Origin: Acidobacteriota bacterium
Lineage (GTDB): Bacteria; Acidobacteriota; CAIWXX01
Length of the DNA: 64,000 nt
NCBI GenBank assembly: GCA_040755995.1
Contig: JBFMAF010000049.1
Coordinates: 96,001-160,000, forward strand
Direction of reading: 5' to 3'
In this document: in pieces, positions 43,936 to 54,458 of the stretch
Numbering within the stretch: position 1 is the stretch's first letter
Layout of the letters: the number at the start of each line of letters is the position of its first letter
Notes under the pieces: model-generated
Told to the model about the DNA's origin: nothing
Seen by the model: the letters and a program-made list of their open reading frames with translations, nothing else
Databases searched by the model: none
Program-made: the position numbers and the translations under genes

Positions 43936-45048
43936 GTGAACAAACGAGACTACTACGAGGTCCTCGGCGTGGCGAGGAACGCCGGCGAACAGGATGTCAA
44001 GAGCGCTTATAGAAAGCTCGCGGTCAAGTACCATCCGGACAAGAACCCCGGCGACAAGGAGGCCGAGGAGCGGTTCAAGGAGGCAGCCGAGGCCTACAGC
44101 GTGCTCGGCGACCCGGAGAAGCGCAAGATGTACGACGCATACGGGCACCATGGCCCCATGGTCGGAGGCTTCAGCGGGTTCGATCCATCCGTGTTCACCG
44201 GCTTCGAAGACATCCTCGGAGACTTCTTCGGCTTCGGCTTCGGCGACGTCTTCGGCGGCAGGAAGCGGCGCCGAGCGTCGGCCCAGCGGGGACAGGACCT
44301 GCGGTACGACCTCGAGATCACCTTCGAGCAGGCTGCCTCCGGACTCGAGACCAAGGTCAAGATCCCCAGGCTGGAGACCTGCGAGGCGTGCCGGGGCAGC
44401 GGCGCCGCGAGCGGCAGCAGAGTGCAGTGCCCGACATGCCACGGTCACGGTCAACTCCGCATGCAGCAAGGCTTCTTCACCATCAGCCGCACATGCTCCC
44501 ACTGCAACGGCGAAGGGCGCATCGTGAAGGATCCGTGCAAGGAATGCAGAGGCCGGGGGAGAATCTCTCGCGAGAAGCCCCTCACACTCAAGATCCCAGC
44601 CGGTGTGGACAACGGCAGCCGCCTGAGACTGCTGGGCGAGGGTGAGGCTGGTCCGGATGGAGGGCCTCGCGGCGACCTCTACGTGTTTCTCCACGTGCGC
44701 GAGCACGAGTTCTTCAAGCGCGAAGACACCAACATCTACTGCAACATCCCCATCAGCTTCACCCAGGCGGCCCTCGGCGCCACCATCAACGTGCCAACCC
44801 TGCACGGAGATGAGGCGCTCAAGATCCCGGACGGGACGCAGAGCGGAACCGTGTTCCGTTTGGAGGGGAAAGGAGTGCCGAGCCTCGATGGATACGGCCG
44901 CGGCGATCAGTACGTGACCGTCAACGTGGTAGTGCCGCGAAGATTGACGAGGGAGCAGAAGAAGCTGCTCCAGGAATTCGCACGGCTCGCCGAGGAACAG
45001 GGGGATGAGAAGAACGTGTTCGAGAAGGTCAAAGATATCTTCGGATGA
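43936..45048 (+). CDS. dnaJ: Chaperone DnaJ
   Basis: HPD motif, G/F region, four CxxCxGxG repeats. Confidence 0.98.
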   Translation: MNKRDYYEVLGVARNAGEQDVKSAYRKLAVKYHPDKNPGDKEAEERFKEAAEAYSVLGDPEKRKMYDAYGHHGPMVGGFSGFDPSVFTGFEDILGDFFGFGFGDVFGGRKRRRASAQRGQDLRYDLEITFEQAASGLETKVKIPRLETCEACRGSGAASGSRVQCPTCHGHGQLRMQQGFFTISRTCSHCNGEGRIVKDPCKECRGRGRISREKPLTLKIPAGVDNGSRLRLLGEGEAGPDGGPRGDLYVFLHVREHEFFKREDTNIYCNIPISFTQAALGATINVPTLHGDEALKIPDGTQSGTVFRLEGKGVPSLDGYGRGDQYVTVNVVVPRRLTREQKKLLQEFARLAEEQGDEKNVFEKVKDIFG

Positions 45049-45057
45049 TCCCCGCGC

Positions 45058-46716
45058 TCACGGCACCAGCGACGCCTCCGGCGCGTCGAGTACCGGCGGC
45101 GTGAGACGGTAGAGCCTGAACTGATCGTCCAGCGCCTCGTGCAGCTCCGGCCGGTACCGCGCGAAAAAAGACCGCAGCTGCTCGGGAGGAACTCCGCTGC
45201 GCCCCCACAACTCCCGCATCAGGCCGTCATCCTCGAGAACGTCGGAGAACACGAACACGGCGCCGCCGGCCGCCCAACAACTGTCGAATCGCGCCGCCAG
45301 CCTGCGAAGCGCCTCCGCCGGCGCCACCGACTGATCGCGGAACGCGAAGTCCAGTATCAATCCGCGGCGCGCCGCGAAGTACGGGAGGTAGACCTTCTGC
45401 GCTATGTTGGCCCCTCCCCCCATCTGCACGACCAGATCCTCGGGATTCGTGTGGTCGCGCACAAACGCGGACTTACGGTAGTCCTCGTTCGTCTCGATCT
45501 TCGAATACGGACGTATCGCCGCCAGCAGGTTTGTGAACGCCAGCAGAATCGCGAGGAAGGCAACGGCCGCGGCGGAAACACGCTGACCGCCTAACGTAGA
45601 AAACGCCAGCGCACATAGAACGAGTAATGGCACCAGTTGAAATCCGATGAACTTCAGGTTGCCGACGTTCATCGACGAGAAGAAGATGAAGGACGACATG
45701 AGCCAACCGACGGCGATGAACACCGCCCATCGATGCCGCCTCCACATCGCGCGCGCCCGCGCAAGGGCCACGGCGATCATCGCAAGGAATGCGCTTCGGA
45801 TGGCCCACACAACCGCGACCATGCCCACGGATCTCTCCTCCGGATCTGCCGCCACGCCCCGCAGCAAACCCATCAGCTCGAGGTCCGGCCGAAATCCACT
45901 TCCCATGAACCACCGGTGGCCACCCCAGGCCTTCTGATAGACGGCCCGTTCGAGCAGTTCCGCAAGACCAGTGACGACCCCCGAACCGAAGACGCCATGA
46001 TAGAGCAGCACGTAGGGCGCAAGCGATACCACCGCGAAAACGGCGACGAAAACGCCGCAGTGCGCTGCGCACCGCGTCCATGGTTGTCGCGGCGCCCGGT
46101 CAAGAATCAGAGCCATCACGATGAATGGAACGATCAGTATGCTGGTCACATGGAAGCCGAAGGCGACGCCGGCGAAAACCGCGGCCATGACCGCCGCCCA
46201 ACTGCTGCCCGTGTGGAGCGCCCTGAGGGCCGAGCCGAAGGTCAACAACAAGAACAGGATCGCCGGCGGATAGACTTCGGGATCCGTGCTGTAGTACCAG
46301 ACTGCGAATGTGACGCCGAGAAACAGCATGAAGGCCACGGACACGCCGGTGTTCCTGGTCCTGTCCCTGAGCAGCCTCGCGAAGAGGCAGAGGTAGAGTG
46401 ACGTGGTGGCGGCGTTGAGCAGCTGCATAACCATAAGAGCGTCGGGGGTCCAGCCGAGGGCCTTCAGAATCCGCAGCACCCCGTACGCCAACGGCATATA
46501 GAGGATGTGGTACTCGTTCCATAGGCTCACGAAGTCGCCGTACACGGCATGATGGACCAGGCCGGCGAACGCTACCGCGTCGAACGAGTAGCGCGCCGTG
46601 ATCCAGGCCAGGTGCGCGGCGAGGACGGCTGCCACAGCCACCAGCATGAGCGATGCGTCCGAGAGCAGCGGAGCATGCCGAACCTGCCGGCCTGTTGCGT
46701 CCACAACGGTGCTCAT
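45058..46716 (-). CDS. Polytopic membrane protein, GT-C/DUF2723-like glycosyltransferase
   Basis: Many TM helices, SFDA loop, WYYST.PEVY motif. Confidence 0.65.
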   Translation of the reverse strand: MSTVVDATGRQVRHAPLLSDASLMLVAVAAVLAAHLAWITARYSFDAVAFAGLVHHAVYGDFVSLWNEYHILYMPLAYGVLRILKALGWTPDALMVMQLLNAATTSLYLCLFARLLRDRTRNTGVSVAFMLFLGVTFAVWYYSTDPEVYPPAILFLLLTFGSALRALHTGSSWAAVMAAVFAGVAFGFHVTSILIVPFIVMALILDRAPRQPWTRCAAHCGVFVAVFAVVSLAPYVLLYHGVFGSGVVTGLAELLERAVYQKAWGGHRWFMGSGFRPDLELMGLLRGVAADPEERSVGMVAVVWAIRSAFLAMIAVALARARAMWRRHRWAVFIAVGWLMSSFIFFSSMNVGNLKFIGFQLVPLLVLCALAFSTLGGQRVSAAAVAFLAILLAFTNLLAAIRPYSKIETNEDYRKSAFVRDHTNPEDLVVQMGGGANIAQKVYLPYFAARRGLILDFAFRDQSVAPAEALRRLAARFDSCWAAGGAVFVFSDVLEDDGLMRELWGRSGVPPEQLRSFFARYRPELHEALDDQFRLYRLTPPVLDAPEASLVP

Positions 46717-47033
46717 ACCCAGAGTGCGTCATGATGGCAGAAGTGGCTTTTCAAAAGCAAGGGAGGGTGAACGAACGAATTCACGCGGGAAGCGGAGACA
46801 CGGATGCACGGAGACGCGGAGGGGAGGCCCTGGTTGTGGCCTGCGAATCGTACCGGCACCGGTTCGCGATCCCTCCTTCTCGGGTACGCGAACGGGTACG
46901 AGTGCGGGCACGCGTTGGTGGGTTAGTGTCCTCGCCCCAAGTCCGTTCCGCGCCGGCATGTTTTTTTTGGATTGACAACGATCCGCCGAGAAGCTAAATT
47001 CTCTCGTCATCTTTTTGCTGAGGAGTCGGGCAT

Positions 47034-47816
47034 ATGAGGAACATCGCAAGTTCGCTGATGGTGTTGTTGGTCGCTGTTCTCTGCGCGCAACCGATGAGCG
47101 CGATGGAGATCAGCGCGGAAGAGGCGTCGTTGTATCAGCAGGCGGGGGCCGAGCAGGATCCGGCCAAGAAGGTGGCGCTGATAGAGTCCTACATCCAGAA
47201 GTTCCCGGAAGGGAAGTGGAGGACTGAGCTGGTCTACAGCGCGGCGCTGGCATGCGATCAGCTCAAGCAGCCGGACAAGGTGATTAGTTTCGGCGAAGAG
47301 GTGCTGAAGGCGGACCCCAGCAATATCAACATCCTGCTGATCCTGGCGAACACCTACTCGGCCAGGCCGGATGGGAAGGACAAGTCGCTCGCGTATTCCG
47401 CTCGATGCGTAGCGGCCATAGACAAGAAGGCTCTCGACCCGCCGCCGGCGGATGTTCCGGAAGATCAGTACAAGGCCGAGCTGGACAAGCTCAAGAAGAG
47501 CGCCCAGTTCACGCATGACTACGTGGCCGGGTGGCGCGCAATGGAGTTGAAGGACTACGCAGCCGCGGAGCAGCCGCTCAAGTCCGCGTACTCGATCAAG
47601 AGGAACGCCAAACTCGCCCTGTGGCTGGGGGTCGCTTACGAGAAGAACGGCAAGATCGACGACGCGATCTCCACACTTGCCGAGGCGCTGGTGCTGCTGA
47701 ACGGCGCGCAGAAGGACCAGGTGCAGAAGAAGCTGGAGCAGCTCTACCAGCAGAAGCACGGGTCGCTCGACGGCCTCCAGAAGATCATCGATGACGCGCG
47801 CGGGCGGATCGGTTGA
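47034..47816 (+). CDS. Exported TPR-like protein
   Basis: Signal peptide, helical repeats; TTGACA-17-TAAATT promoter at 46972-47000. Confidence 0.8.
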   Translation: MRNIASSLMVLLVAVLCAQPMSAMEISAEEASLYQQAGAEQDPAKKVALIESYIQKFPEGKWRTELVYSAALACDQLKQPDKVISFGEEVLKADPSNINILLILANTYSARPDGKDKSLAYSARCVAAIDKKALDPPPADVPEDQYKAELDKLKKSAQFTHDYVAGWRAMELKDYAAAEQPLKSAYSIKRNAKLALWLGVAYEKNGKIDDAISTLAEALVLLNGAQKDQVQKKLEQLYQQKHGSLDGLQKIIDDARGRIG

Positions 47817-48001
47817 GGCGTAGGACAGCACTCGGCCCGGACGCAGTAGTCATTCGACCTCACGGGCGGGCGCGCGCATTACGCAAGACCGCTTGAGGCG
47901 AAAGAGCGTGGTGCGATTGGGTCAGGTCCTGGGAGCGGTGCGTCATCGTCATACGGGAGCTGCCTACTCTCCACTCTCTACTCTCCACTCTCCACGCGAC
48001 A

Positions 48002-48051
48002 CGCGGCCGAAGCAGCCTCGCATGCTTCATCGGTCCGAGGCCGCGCCTCGC
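48002..48051 (+). repeat. 50-bp palindromic repeat, left of lptB
   Basis: 42/50 identical to 48857-48906 by hand count. Confidence 0.8.
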
Positions 48052-48055
48052 TAGG

Positions 48056-48823
48056 GTGTCCGTGGCCGTCCTGGAGGCGAAGGATCTCGTCAAGATCTAC
48101 GGCCGCCGGGCCGTGGTGGATCGAGTCAGCGTTTCGGTCACAACCGGCGAGATCGTGGGGATTCTCGGGCGCAACGGCGCCGGGAAGACCACCACCTTCT
48201 CGATCATAGCCGGCCAGCTCAAGCCCGACGCGGGCTCGGTCGTCCTCGACGGTGTCGATCTCACTGATCTGCCGTCCCACCGGCGCGCCCTGATGGGCAT
48301 CTCCTATCTACCGCAGGAGCGATCCACCTTCCGCAAGCTCACGGTCGAACAGAATCTGCTGATAGTGCTGGAGGAGCGCGGGCTGAGCCGCGCCGATCGA
48401 GGGAAGCGTGTGGATGAGCTGCTCGATGAGCTCGGAATGCGGCACCTGCGCAAGGCCCGCGCGTACACGCTGTCAGGGGGCGAGAGCCGCAAGCTCGAGG
48501 TGCTCCGGGCGATGGTGCTGGAGCCCAAGTTCCTGATGTTGGACGAGCCGTTCGCTGGCATCGAGCCGATCACGATCGCCGAGATCCAGCAGATCGCGGT
48601 TCATCTGCGAGCGAAGGGCATCGGCGTCATTATCTCGGATCACAACGTACACGACCTCTTCGAGGTGTGCGACCGGGCGTATATCGTGGCTGAGGGCAAG
48701 ATCCTGATCGTCGGAAAGCCGCTCGACGTCGCCTCGAATCCTCTCGCGCGAACGGCCTTTCTGGGCGAGGAATTCCAGCTCCCGGAGAAGATCATCCGCG
48801 AGCTGCGCGGCAAAGGCGCGTAA
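48056..48823 (+). CDS. lptB: LPS export ABC transporter ATP-binding protein (LptB-like)
   Basis: GRNGAGKTTTF, YLPQE, LSGGE, LDEPFAG, DHNV, FLGEEF. Confidence 0.85.
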   Translation: MSVAVLEAKDLVKIYGRRAVVDRVSVSVTTGEIVGILGRNGAGKTTTFSIIAGQLKPDAGSVVLDGVDLTDLPSHRRALMGISYLPQERSTFRKLTVEQNLLIVLEERGLSRADRGKRVDELLDELGMRHLRKARAYTLSGGESRKLEVLRAMVLEPKFLMLDEPFAGIEPITIAEIQQIAVHLRAKGIGVIISDHNVHDLFEVCDRAYIVAEGKILIVGKPLDVASNPLARTAFLGEEFQLPEKIIRELRGKGA

Positions 48824-48856
48824 CGTGCACGCCCACACTCCGCTCTCTGCGTGAGG

Positions 48857-48906
48857 CGCGGTCGGAGCGGTATCGCATGCTTCGTCGGCCCGAGGCCGCG
48901 CTTCGC
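48857..48906 (+). repeat. 50-bp palindromic repeat, right of lptB
   Basis: Direct repeat of 48002-48051. Confidence 0.8.
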
Positions 48907-48977
48907 CATCGCCAAGGGGTGCCAAGGTGCCAAGGGGTGGCTTGACTCGGCGCCTGCCTTCCACATAGAGTGTCCGC

Positions 48978-50369
48978 ATGTCAAAGAAAAGAGTCCATTG
49001 GGGAGGGTTTCTCTGCGCGGCGATCGTAGGTGCCGCGCTGATCAGCATTCCGTTGAATGAACGCGCGGGCGAAAGCGGAAAGGACAAGCGGGTCTGGAGT
49101 GGCCGGTCGTACGCTGACCGGACGCTGGTGGAATCGAGTCCCTCTGCTTCGTTGGCAGCTGCGGGATTCGACTCGGAGAGGGTCTGGAGCGGCTATGACG
49201 ACTGGGAGCCGGCGGTGGCTGCCGATCCGAGCTCCTCCTACGTCTATCAGCTTACCACGCGCTACGATGGCCCTGCGCCGTGCTCTGGCTGTCCGCTTCC
49301 GGTCATCGTTTTCCGGAGATCGAGCGACTCGGGTGCCACCTGGAACGCGGACCAGTTCCTCGTGCGAAGCAAGAAGAAGCAGAATGACCCGGAAATCGAA
49401 GTCGCTACGGACGGGACGATCTATGCCGCCTGGCTTGACGACTACACGCCCGGCGTGAAATTCCTCAAGTCGGCCAATCGCGGTGCTACGTGGACTACGC
49501 CGATCGCGTTTACTGGGAAGGGAAAGAAGCCCAACTGGTCCGACAGACCCATCCTCGCAATCTCCCCGAATGGACAGCATGTCTATGTTGCCTTCAACGC
49601 GAGCAACAGTTACGTGGTGGCTTCACACGACTATGGGCAGACCTTTTCCTCGCCCGTCAAGACCAACAACGACGCCCGATACTGGTTCCACACGGGCGGT
49701 GCAGTCACGGCCAGCGGCGTCGCCTATTTTGCCGCCGTGGATTTCAGCCAGGACTACACGGCAGATGCCTACATCAATGTCCTGAAGACAACCAATGGCG
49801 GGACATCGTGGACTACCACCAGGGTCGACACATCCCGAGAGATGCCGGGATGCGACTGGTCGCCTGGCTGCGGGCTCGGATTCTTTGGCCCGTCGGCGGC
49901 CCTGGCTGTCGATACGGCGGGGAAGATAGTGCTTGCTTACAACGCAGGTGAAACGGCCGGTTCTCCGCAGAAGATGTTCGTGCGAAGTTCCACGAATGGA
50001 ACCGCCTGGACAGCGCGGCAGGAAGTGTCGAACGGCTCGTTCACCGTGAACAATGCTTTTCCGGCTCTCGCGAGGGGCCCCGTTGCCGGCGACTTCCGAT
50101 TGGCCTGGCAGGATGACCGCAACGATCCGACCAGGGCGTGGAACACCTGGTACCGTCGCAGCACTGATGGAGGCGCGACCTGGAGCGCTGAGGTGCGCCT
50201 TTCGGATCTGGGATCGGGCGCGCCATACAAGGCTGCTCTCGGCTACTCCTTCCCGTACGGAGACTACTTCGACATGGCCGTGGATGCGAGCGGCAGAAAC
50301 CACATGGCATGGGGCGAAGGGGAGAGCTACACGGGACCAGGCGGAACATGGTACACGAGAGGCCAGTGA
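48978..50369 (+). CDS. Secreted BNR/Asp-box (sialidase-like) beta-propeller protein
   Basis: SSDSGATW, SANRGATW, SHDYGQTF, TTNGGTSW, STDGGATW. Confidence 0.85.
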   Translation: MSKKRVHWGGFLCAAIVGAALISIPLNERAGESGKDKRVWSGRSYADRTLVESSPSASLAAAGFDSERVWSGYDDWEPAVAADPSSSYVYQLTTRYDGPAPCSGCPLPVIVFRRSSDSGATWNADQFLVRSKKKQNDPEIEVATDGTIYAAWLDDYTPGVKFLKSANRGATWTTPIAFTGKGKKPNWSDRPILAISPNGQHVYVAFNASNSYVVASHDYGQTFSSPVKTNNDARYWFHTGGAVTASGVAYFAAVDFSQDYTADAYINVLKTTNGGTSWTTTRVDTSREMPGCDWSPGCGLGFFGPSAALAVDTAGKIVLAYNAGETAGSPQKMFVRSSTNGTAWTARQEVSNGSFTVNNAFPALARGPVAGDFRLAWQDDRNDPTRAWNTWYRRSTDGGATWSAEVRLSDLGSGAPYKAALGYSFPYGDYFDMAVDASGRNHMAWGEGESYTGPGGTWYTRGQ

Positions 50370-50398
50370 TCGCCTGAGACGCTGTGCCTTCGCCGGAA

Positions 50399-51565
50399 AT
50401 GGCCTACAAGTACGTCGTAGTCGGAGCAGGCCGGCAGGGCACTGCCGCGGCCTACGACATGGGCCGATGGGGCGAGGCTTCGCGGATTCTCCTTGCCGAC
50501 TGCGACATCGAGACGGCACGCCGTGCCGCCGATCGCGTCAATGCGCAGCTCGGCCTGGCCGTCGCCGAGCCGGCTCAGGTCGACGTCACCGACCTCCAGT
50601 CAGTCGAGCGATTGTTGGAAGGCGCGAACACACTTCTCAGCGCGGTGCCGTACTACTACAACCTGGAGCTCACGCGTGCGGCCATACGCGCCAGAGCCCA
50701 CATGTGCGATCTCGGCGGCAACACCGAGATCGTTCGCCGGCAGCACGCGTCGGATGCCGAGGCGCGCAGCGCCGGGCTAAGCATCATTCCTGACTGCGGG
50801 CAGATCCCGGGCATGGGCACCACCTTGATGGTATATGCCATCGACCTGCTGGATGAAGCCACTGACGTGTACATGTGGGATGGAGGACTCCCCCAAGTCC
50901 CTCGGTCTCCTTTCAACTACCTGGCCACATTCCATATCGCGGGACTTACCAACGAATACGCCGAACCGGCCGTCTTCATCCGAGACGGCAGGGTGATGCG
51001 AGTGGAGCCGATGACGGAACTGGAGACTGTCGAGTTCCCCCCGCCGATCGGCACTTTGGAGGCCTTCGTCACGGGCGGCGGCACGAGCACGATGCCATGG
51101 ACCTTCGAGGGCCGCCTGCGCACGCTGCAGAATCTGACCCTGCGCTATCCGGGTCACTTCGCGCAACTGCGCGCCTTCTATGATCTGGGCCTGTGGGACC
51201 TGAAGCCGGTCCGGGTCGACGATCATGATGTGATTCCGCGGCACGTGTTCCACACGCTGTACGAGCCCAAGGTGACCTTCCCAGACGACGAAGATCTGGT
51301 CATCGTGCGCGTGAAGGCCGTGGGAAAGCAGAACGGCCGCCCGGCCGAGGCGATGGTCGAGTTGATAGACCGTTTCGATGAAGAGACCGGCTTCACGGCC
51401 ATGGAACGCACGACTGGCTGGAGCGCCGCGATCGTGGCCGAGATGATGTCCCGCGGCCAGACACCACGCGGCGCTGGCGGCGTCGAGAGCTTCGTCCCTG
51501 CGAAGGCGTTCGTAGAAGAACTGCGCCGTCGCGGTTTCAACCTGAGCGAACGAGTGATTTCCTAG
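50399..51565 (+). CDS. Saccharopine dehydrogenase-like / lysine 6-dehydrogenase
   Basis: GAGRQG, CDLGGN, PDCG..PG, GLTNEY, TLRYPGH, AMERTTG. Confidence 0.88.
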   Translation: MAYKYVVVGAGRQGTAAAYDMGRWGEASRILLADCDIETARRAADRVNAQLGLAVAEPAQVDVTDLQSVERLLEGANTLLSAVPYYYNLELTRAAIRARAHMCDLGGNTEIVRRQHASDAEARSAGLSIIPDCGQIPGMGTTLMVYAIDLLDEATDVYMWDGGLPQVPRSPFNYLATFHIAGLTNEYAEPAVFIRDGRVMRVEPMTELETVEFPPPIGTLEAFVTGGGTSTMPWTFEGRLRTLQNLTLRYPGHFAQLRAFYDLGLWDLKPVRVDDHDVIPRHVFHTLYEPKVTFPDDEDLVIVRVKAVGKQNGRPAEAMVELIDRFDEETGFTAMERTTGWSAAIVAEMMSRGQTPRGAGGVESFVPAKAFVEELRRRGFNLSERVIS

Positions 51566-51624
51566 CGAGGCGGCCGCCGTTCCTGCGGCAGGCAGCGGAC
51601 CGTCACCTCAGGCCGAAGGCCGCG

Positions 51625-51656
51625 CTATACAGCGCGACATGAGTCGTGCCGTATGG
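51625..51656. repeat. 32-bp short form of the inverted-repeat element (copy F)
   Basis: CTATACAGCGCGAC-ATGA-GTCGTGCCGTATGG. Confidence 0.6.
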
Positions 51657-51791
51657 CGTATCTGAACGCCACACGGGAGGGTGCCGCTCCTGCGGCGCCT
51701 ACGCCAACGACAGGCCACCAACGTCGTCGAGGAGGCATCAGTACTACCAACGGGGTTCGCGATAGCCGCCGAATCGGAATCGCCGTCGCGT

Positions 51792-51820
51792 TTGACATTA
51801 TCATAGTCGGCTGGTATGGT
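51792..51820 (+). promoter_or_regulatory. sigma70-type promoter upstream of the nos supercluster
   Basis: TTGACA-17-TATGGT with TGn. Confidence 0.6.
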
Positions 51821-51863
51821 ACGCGCGGCAATGGGGACCAAGACCAGAATCCTCTCCCGTTGA

Positions 51864-51879
51864 TTGGTACGGCATTTGC
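51864..51879 (+). promoter_or_regulatory. sigma54 (-24/-12) promoter
   Basis: TTGGTACG-GCAT-TTGC matches YTGGYACG-N4-TTGC. Confidence 0.75.
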
Positions 51880-51939
51880 CTGTTGTCGGATCGCGATCGG
51901 CTGTGCGTCATCACCACGGTCTCGTCGCTGAGATCGATC

Positions 51940-53862
51940 ATGCGCCTCTATAGAGCTGAGATTCCTGACTGCAAGTACTGGCAGAAGCGCGTGCTCTGCC
52001 AGGTGGGCTGCCCCGTGTCGACCGATGCCGGCCGATACGTACAGCTCATCGCCGAAGGCCGCATCAAGGATGCGTATCTGACGGCGCGCTCGCCGAATCC
52101 GCTGGCCTCAGTCTGCGGCCGCGTGTGCGCCGCACCGTGCGAAGACCGCTGCCGGCGGGGATTCATCGACGCGCCGATCTCGATCCGCGCCCTCAAACGA
52201 TTCCTGTGCGAGCGCTACGGGGCGGAGAGCAGCCGGCCGGACACCGTGAACGAGCTGTTCGGAAACGCTTACGAGCCTGGCAACAAGTATCCCTGGCACA
52301 TACCGCTGATGACTCGATCCGGCAGCGGCCGCCGCGTAGCCGTCATCGGCGCAGGGCCGGCCGGCCTGGCCTGCGCCCACGATCTTGCGCTGATGGGCTA
52401 CAAGGTCACGCTCTTCGAATCGGCCGAGACGCTCGGCGGCATGCTCCGTCTCGGCATCCCCGAGTACCGGCTGCCGCGATCCGTCATCGAGATGGAGATC
52501 GCCGAGATCGTGGCGCTCGGCGTCGAGCTCAAGACGTCTCACCCGGTCGGCCCGGACTTCGGCCTGGCCGCCCTCCGCCGCGCCGGACATGAGGCGGTTT
52601 TCATCGGAGTCGGTGTCCAGCGCGGGCGCGGTTTGAGCGTCCCGGGTGTCGAGCTCGACGGCGTCGTCAAGGCCATCGACTTCCTTCTCAATGTCAATCG
52701 CGGCTATCGGATGAGGTTGGGATCGAAGGTCCTGGTGATCGGCGGCGGCTTCGTCGCATTCGATGCGGCCCGCATGGCGCTGCGCGAGATCTCGCTCGAA
52801 GACGCCGGCCAGGGCCTCTCGGGCGGCGGCGACCTCGCCGCAGCTCTCGACTCCGCCCGCGTAGCGCTCCGCACCGGCGCCGGCGAAGTGCACATGGCCT
52901 CGCTCGAGGCCTTTGACGAAATGCCCGTCATGAAAACCTTCCAGGGGAAGGACGAATTCGAACAGGCGACTCGCGAGGGTATAACATTCCACCCGAGACG
53001 GGGCCCGCTGCGTTTCGAGGGCGATCGCGTGATCCGGCGCGCCGTGCTGCAACGCGTCACACGCGTGTTCGACGAGACCGGGAGATTCAGCCCCGAATAC
53101 GACCCGCGCGAGACCGAGACCTTCGAGGTCGACGCCGTCATTCTGGCGATTGGACAGATGGCCGACCTCTCGTTCATCCGTCCGGAGGACGGCATCGCGC
53201 TGACGGCCGGCGGCACCATTAAGGTCGATGCCGGCAGCATGGCCACCTCGGCTCCGGGGATCTACGCCGGGGGCGACGTGGCCTTCGGTCCGAGGATCCT
53301 CATCGACGCGGTCGCCAACGGCAAGCGGGCCGCACAGTCGATCAGGGAATACCTGGATCCGGGCGCGCCGAGAATCGACGTGATGTTCAGGATCGAGCAG
53401 CTCCAGACGAGCACCTACAGGATGCCCGAGGAGTATGAGATCGCGGAGCGATCGGCTCCGCCGTCGCTCCCACTCGACCGCCGCACCGGGATCTCCGAGG
53501 TGGAGCTCGGCTATGGCGAGGCCGAGGCGAAGCGGCAGGCTGAGCGATGCCTGACATGCCACGTGAACACGATCTACGACGCCGAGAAGTGCGTCCTCTG
53601 CAACCGCTGCGTCGACATCTGTCCGGAGGACTGCTTGAAGCTGGTCCCGCTCTCGAAGGTGGAGCTCCAGTCTGAGCTCGAGCCGGAGATTCTGGAGAGC
53701 TATGCGCTGGCCGAGGGCGAGACGGCCAGCGTGATGCTGAAGGACGATACCAGGTGCATCCGCTGCGGGCTGTGCGCGATACGGTGCCCGACGAGTGCCT
53801 GGACAATGGAGAGGATGTACTTCGAGGAGAAGGCCCGTCCGGTGACGGCGAAGGAGGCTTAG
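51940..53862 (+). CDS. GltD/NfnB/DsrL-like FAD- and NAD(P)H-binding oxidoreductase with N-terminal Fe-S and C-terminal 2x[4Fe-4S] domains
   Basis: CQVGCP, CGRVCAAPCEDRC, GAGPAG, GIPEYRLP, GGGFVAFD, RCLTC, CVLCNRCVDICP, CIRCGLCAIRCP. Confidence 0.92.
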   Translation: MRLYRAEIPDCKYWQKRVLCQVGCPVSTDAGRYVQLIAEGRIKDAYLTARSPNPLASVCGRVCAAPCEDRCRRGFIDAPISIRALKRFLCERYGAESSRPDTVNELFGNAYEPGNKYPWHIPLMTRSGSGRRVAVIGAGPAGLACAHDLALMGYKVTLFESAETLGGMLRLGIPEYRLPRSVIEMEIAEIVALGVELKTSHPVGPDFGLAALRRAGHEAVFIGVGVQRGRGLSVPGVELDGVVKAIDFLLNVNRGYRMRLGSKVLVIGGGFVAFDAARMALREISLEDAGQGLSGGGDLAAALDSARVALRTGAGEVHMASLEAFDEMPVMKTFQGKDEFEQATREGITFHPRRGPLRFEGDRVIRRAVLQRVTRVFDETGRFSPEYDPRETETFEVDAVILAIGQMADLSFIRPEDGIALTAGGTIKVDAGSMATSAPGIYAGGDVAFGPRILIDAVANGKRAAQSIREYLDPGAPRIDVMFRIEQLQTSTYRMPEEYEIAERSAPPSLPLDRRTGISEVELGYGEAEAKRQAERCLTCHVNTIYDAEKCVLCNRCVDICPEDCLKLVPLSKVELQSELEPEILESYALAEGETASVMLKDDTRCIRCGLCAIRCPTSAWTMERMYFEEKARPVTAKEA

Positions 53863-53864
53863 AG

Positions 53865-54380
53865 GTGGGGACAGGAGGAACTGAAACGGTCAGCCGCCGG
53901 GGTTTCCTCGGGAAAGCGGCGGTGGCGGCGGTTGCCGGAGGAATTCTGGCCCAGGGCATGTACTACCTGCGCGCGCTTGTGCCGAACGTGCTCTACGAGC
54001 GCCCACTGCGGTCCAAGGTCGGCCCTCCCGATCAGTTCGCAGATGGGACGACGTTTGTCGAGGAGCAGCAGGTGTTCGTGGTGAAGGAGGGCCGCTCGTT
54101 CTACGCGATGTCCGCCGTCTGCACGCACCTCGGATGCACCGTCAAGGCGGTGACACTGAACCAGCCGAAATTCATCGACGAGGCGGGTAAGCGAGTAGAG
54201 ATCAGGAGTGAATTCCACTGCCCGTGCCACGGCTCCAGATTCTACGGCGACGGGCGGAACTACGCCGGCCCGGCCCCCCGCCCGCTCGACCGCTTCAAGA
54301 TCACGCGTTCCCCGGACGATGGACAGCTGATCGTGGACCAGGGCGAGCGTGTCGGTGCCGACTACCGGTTGACGGTGTGA
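53865..54380 (+). CDS. Rieske [2Fe-2S] protein with Tat anchor
   Basis: SRRGFL, CTHLGC, CPCHGS; AAGGAGG before GTG. Confidence 0.95.
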   Translation: MGTGGTETVSRRGFLGKAAVAAVAGGILAQGMYYLRALVPNVLYERPLRSKVGPPDQFADGTTFVEEQQVFVVKEGRSFYAMSAVCTHLGCTVKAVTLNQPKFIDEAGKRVEIRSEFHCPCHGSRFYGDGRNYAGPAPRPLDRFKITRSPDDGQLIVDQGERVGADYRLTV

Positions 54381-54458
54381 GCGTGAGGACCAGGGTGCGA
54401 AAGCGGCCGTAATCCGGCGGGTCACAAACGACCGGCGATCCACCTGCAAAGGAACGAT

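Noticed and set aside
51792..51805. FNR box
   Set aside because: TTGAC-ATT-ATCAT has the wrong spacing; better read as a -35 box
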